IMG/VR virus record: IMGVR_UViG_3300045988_150395
Span: 1-26,613 of that record
DNA from: a virus
Length of the DNA: 26,613 nucleotides
Strand: one strand, 5' to 3'
The number at the start of each line of letters is the position of its first letter. Positions within the stretch are counted from its first letter, which is position 1. Shown here piece after piece: positions 26,504 to 26,613 of the stretch. Under the pieces are notes generated by a model. That model had not been told where the DNA came from and made no database searches. It was given only the letters and a program-made list of their open reading frames with translations. Both the position numbers and the translations under genes were made by a program.

Positions 26504-26613
26504 TTAGAAATTAAAACCTCCATTTGTAGAAACTGTTGGCTTAGCAGTAGCTGATGCCGCAACAGGTGCCTGACTAGCTTTCTGTTCTTTCCACTCAATT
26601 GCTCTCTGCTTTA
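26504..26613 (-). CDS. 3' end of a minus-strand gene running off the window (..KQRAIEWKEQKASQAPVAASATAKPTVSTNGGFNF*)
   Basis: Open frame to the window edge, stop TAA at 26504-26506; A/T/P-rich linker-like tail. Confidence 0.4.
   Translation of the reverse strand, partial: KQRAIEWKEQKASQAPVAASATAKPTVSTNGGFNF

Noticed and set aside
1-26613. CRISPR arrays, rRNA, integrase or transposase genes
   Set aside because: No short regularly spaced repeats other than the R/cassette array, which encodes protein. No rRNA-like GC-rich stretches, and no tyrosine or serine recombinase or DDE motifs in any long ORF.

Overview
AT-rich (~30% GC) window with strong AGGAGG-type ribosome-binding sites and many ATGA/TAATG start-stop overlaps. 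It reads as part of a large phage or phage-like element of a low-GC anaerobic Firmicutes host. Two convergent modules meet at a bidirectional terminator near 5.8 kb.

(1) Plus strand, 1..5800. This begins with the most unusual structure in the window, a perfect 822-bp tandem duplication. Inside it a 45-bp element (R, five copies) encodes a constant N-terminal peptide, MAQLKSTTINGNLSVTG, which is fused to at least three different ~115-aa C-terminal cassettes (A, B, C). The A and C cassettes have their own RBS and ATG. The two B cassettes are intact ORFs in the +1 frame with no start codon, and R itself supplies the TAA stop of the upstream A gene. This looks like a cassette-switching variable-protein locus; whether switching is by recombination or frameshift cannot be told from sequence. 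Downstream are a DUF1653-like gene, a membrane protein, a strong terminator, then an operon of small compositionally odd proteins (Q/P-rich, Gly/Trp-rich transmembrane, Cys-rich) ending in a minimal HExxH protein.

(2) Minus strand, 26317 down to 5829. One long replication, recombination and nucleotide-metabolism operon. In order: Sak4-like AAA_24 ATPase, Zn-ribbon protein, a DnaB-family helicase interrupted in its P-loop by a 364-aa class-3-like intein with a LAGLIDADG homing endonuclease, DnaG-like primase, RecJ-like DHH exonuclease, a standalone S24 LexA/UmuD-like peptidase domain, Dda/RecD-like SF1B helicase, DnaE-type Pol III alpha, guanylate/dNMP kinase, anaerobic class III ribonucleotide reductase NrdD/NrdG, dUTPase, and a RuvC-like resolvase.

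No rRNA, tRNA or CRISPR was found. No capsid, terminase or lysin genes are recognisable in this window.
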